Shown in pieces: positions 23,489 to 24,000 of a DNA stretch of 24,000 nt; the stretch's first letter is position 1; each line of letters opens with the position of its first letter. A program made the position numbers and the translations under genes. The DNA comes from Jeotgalibacillus sp. ET6 (GTDB taxonomy: Bacteria > Bacillota > Bacilli > Bacillales > Jeotgalibacillaceae): NCBI RefSeq assembly GCF_029667115.1, contig NZ_JARUIU010000003.1, forward strand, positions 485,906 to 509,905, in the 5' to 3' direction. Below the pieces are notes generated by a model. It saw only the letters and a list, made by a program, of their open reading frames with translations. It did not search any database and was not told where the DNA came from.

Positions 23489-24000
23489 CTACAATGTTCT
23501 TAATTGCTTTCGGAGTGCTTCGCGCCCCCGGTGGATCCTGGTCTTGACGGTGCCAAGCGGCAGATCCAGAATCTCACTGATTTCTTTCAGTGAGAGTTCT
23601 TCAATATATTTTAAAACGATCACGGTACGATATTTATCAGGCAGCAACGAAATTTCTTTTTGTATTGAGCTCTGTAATTCCATTGACTCCACTTCTTCTT
23701 CCGGCAGCGGTTCATCCGTCTGAATCTGGGAGTACATCGTCAACCCCTCCGTACCAGCTACTTCAGCATCTAAAAAGTAATCGGGCTTTTTCTTGCGAAT
23801 GCGGTCGATGCACAAATTAGTGGCGATCCGATAAAGCCAGGTGGAAAACTTACGGTCAATATCGAATGTATGAATATTTGTGTACGCCCGAATAAACGCT
23901 TCCTGAGAAATGTCCTCAGCTTCGTGCCGATTGCCCAGCATTCGGTAGCAAACATGGAACACTTTGTCTTTATATAGTTCCACGATTTCCCCAAATGCAT
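23489..24000 (-). CDS. sigW: ECF sigma factor SigW (N-terminus lies beyond the window edge)
   Basis: ...IVELYKDKVFHVCYRMLGNRHEAEDISQEAFIRAY...FSTWLYRIATNLCIDRIRKKKPDYFLDAEVAGTEGLTMYSQI...GTVKTRIHRGREALRKQL is near-identical in pattern to B. subtilis SigW. The frame stays open to nt 24000. Confidence 0.93.
   Translation of the reverse strand, partial: AFGEIVELYKDKVFHVCYRMLGNRHEAEDISQEAFIRAYTNIHTFDIDRKFSTWLYRIATNLCIDRIRKKKPDYFLDAEVAGTEGLTMYSQIQTDEPLPEEEVESMELQSSIQKEISLLPDKYRTVIVLKYIEELSLKEISEILDLPLGTVKTRIHRGREALRKQLRTL

Noticed and set aside
1-24000. CRISPR arrays, tRNA/rRNA genes, and IS elements
   Set aside because: I found no regularly spaced direct repeats, no cloverleaf-like or rRNA-like segments, and no transposase-like ORFs on either strand.

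Overview
This is a Bacillaceae-type chromosomal segment in which almost every gene is on the minus strand. The right third (16.7-24 kb) is the conserved cell-envelope/c-di-AMP cluster sigW(partial)-rsiW-cdaA-cdaR-glmM-[glmS ribozyme]-glmS, with recognisable terminators and promoters. Directly behind the glmS terminator lies a markedly AT-rich islet of about 2.1 kb (14541-16630). Single 60-nt lines counted by hand give about 17-28% GC inside it, against about 53-57% in glmS and in the MFS gene. The islet carries a stand-alone reverse transcriptase of about 517 aa with intact motifs (YVDIADFY, RGIPIGPH, YSDD, QKTKIY) and a long helical C-terminal region. It also holds about 200-280 nt of non-coding leader upstream of the RT and an 88-aa acidic ORF of unknown family downstream. 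I read this as a UG/Abi (DRT-like) candidate anti-phage module that I cannot assign by eye to a named subtype; it is the most interesting locus in the window. The second notable locus (8328-11660) is a two-gene operon: a secreted or membrane-anchored GH10 glycosidase followed by a BcsA-type processive GT2 synthase. The synthase has all the signature motifs (DDG, DAD, TED, QRDRW, FNVTAK) plus two tandem PilZ motif pairs, which implies a c-di-GMP-gated exopolysaccharide machine with an unusual hydrolase partner. The remainder (0-8.3 kb and 12-14.4 kb) is ordinary accessory housekeeping: VOC/glyoxalase, TraB/GumN lipoprotein, TetR, aldo-keto reductase, DUF2975, MBL-fold hydrolase, YdeI/DUF1801, DUF2200, ASCH, arylamine N-acetyltransferase, MFS transporter and small membrane proteins. 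I saw no rRNA, tRNA, CRISPR array, transposase or integrase. All family calls come from motif recognition by eye; no database search was possible.
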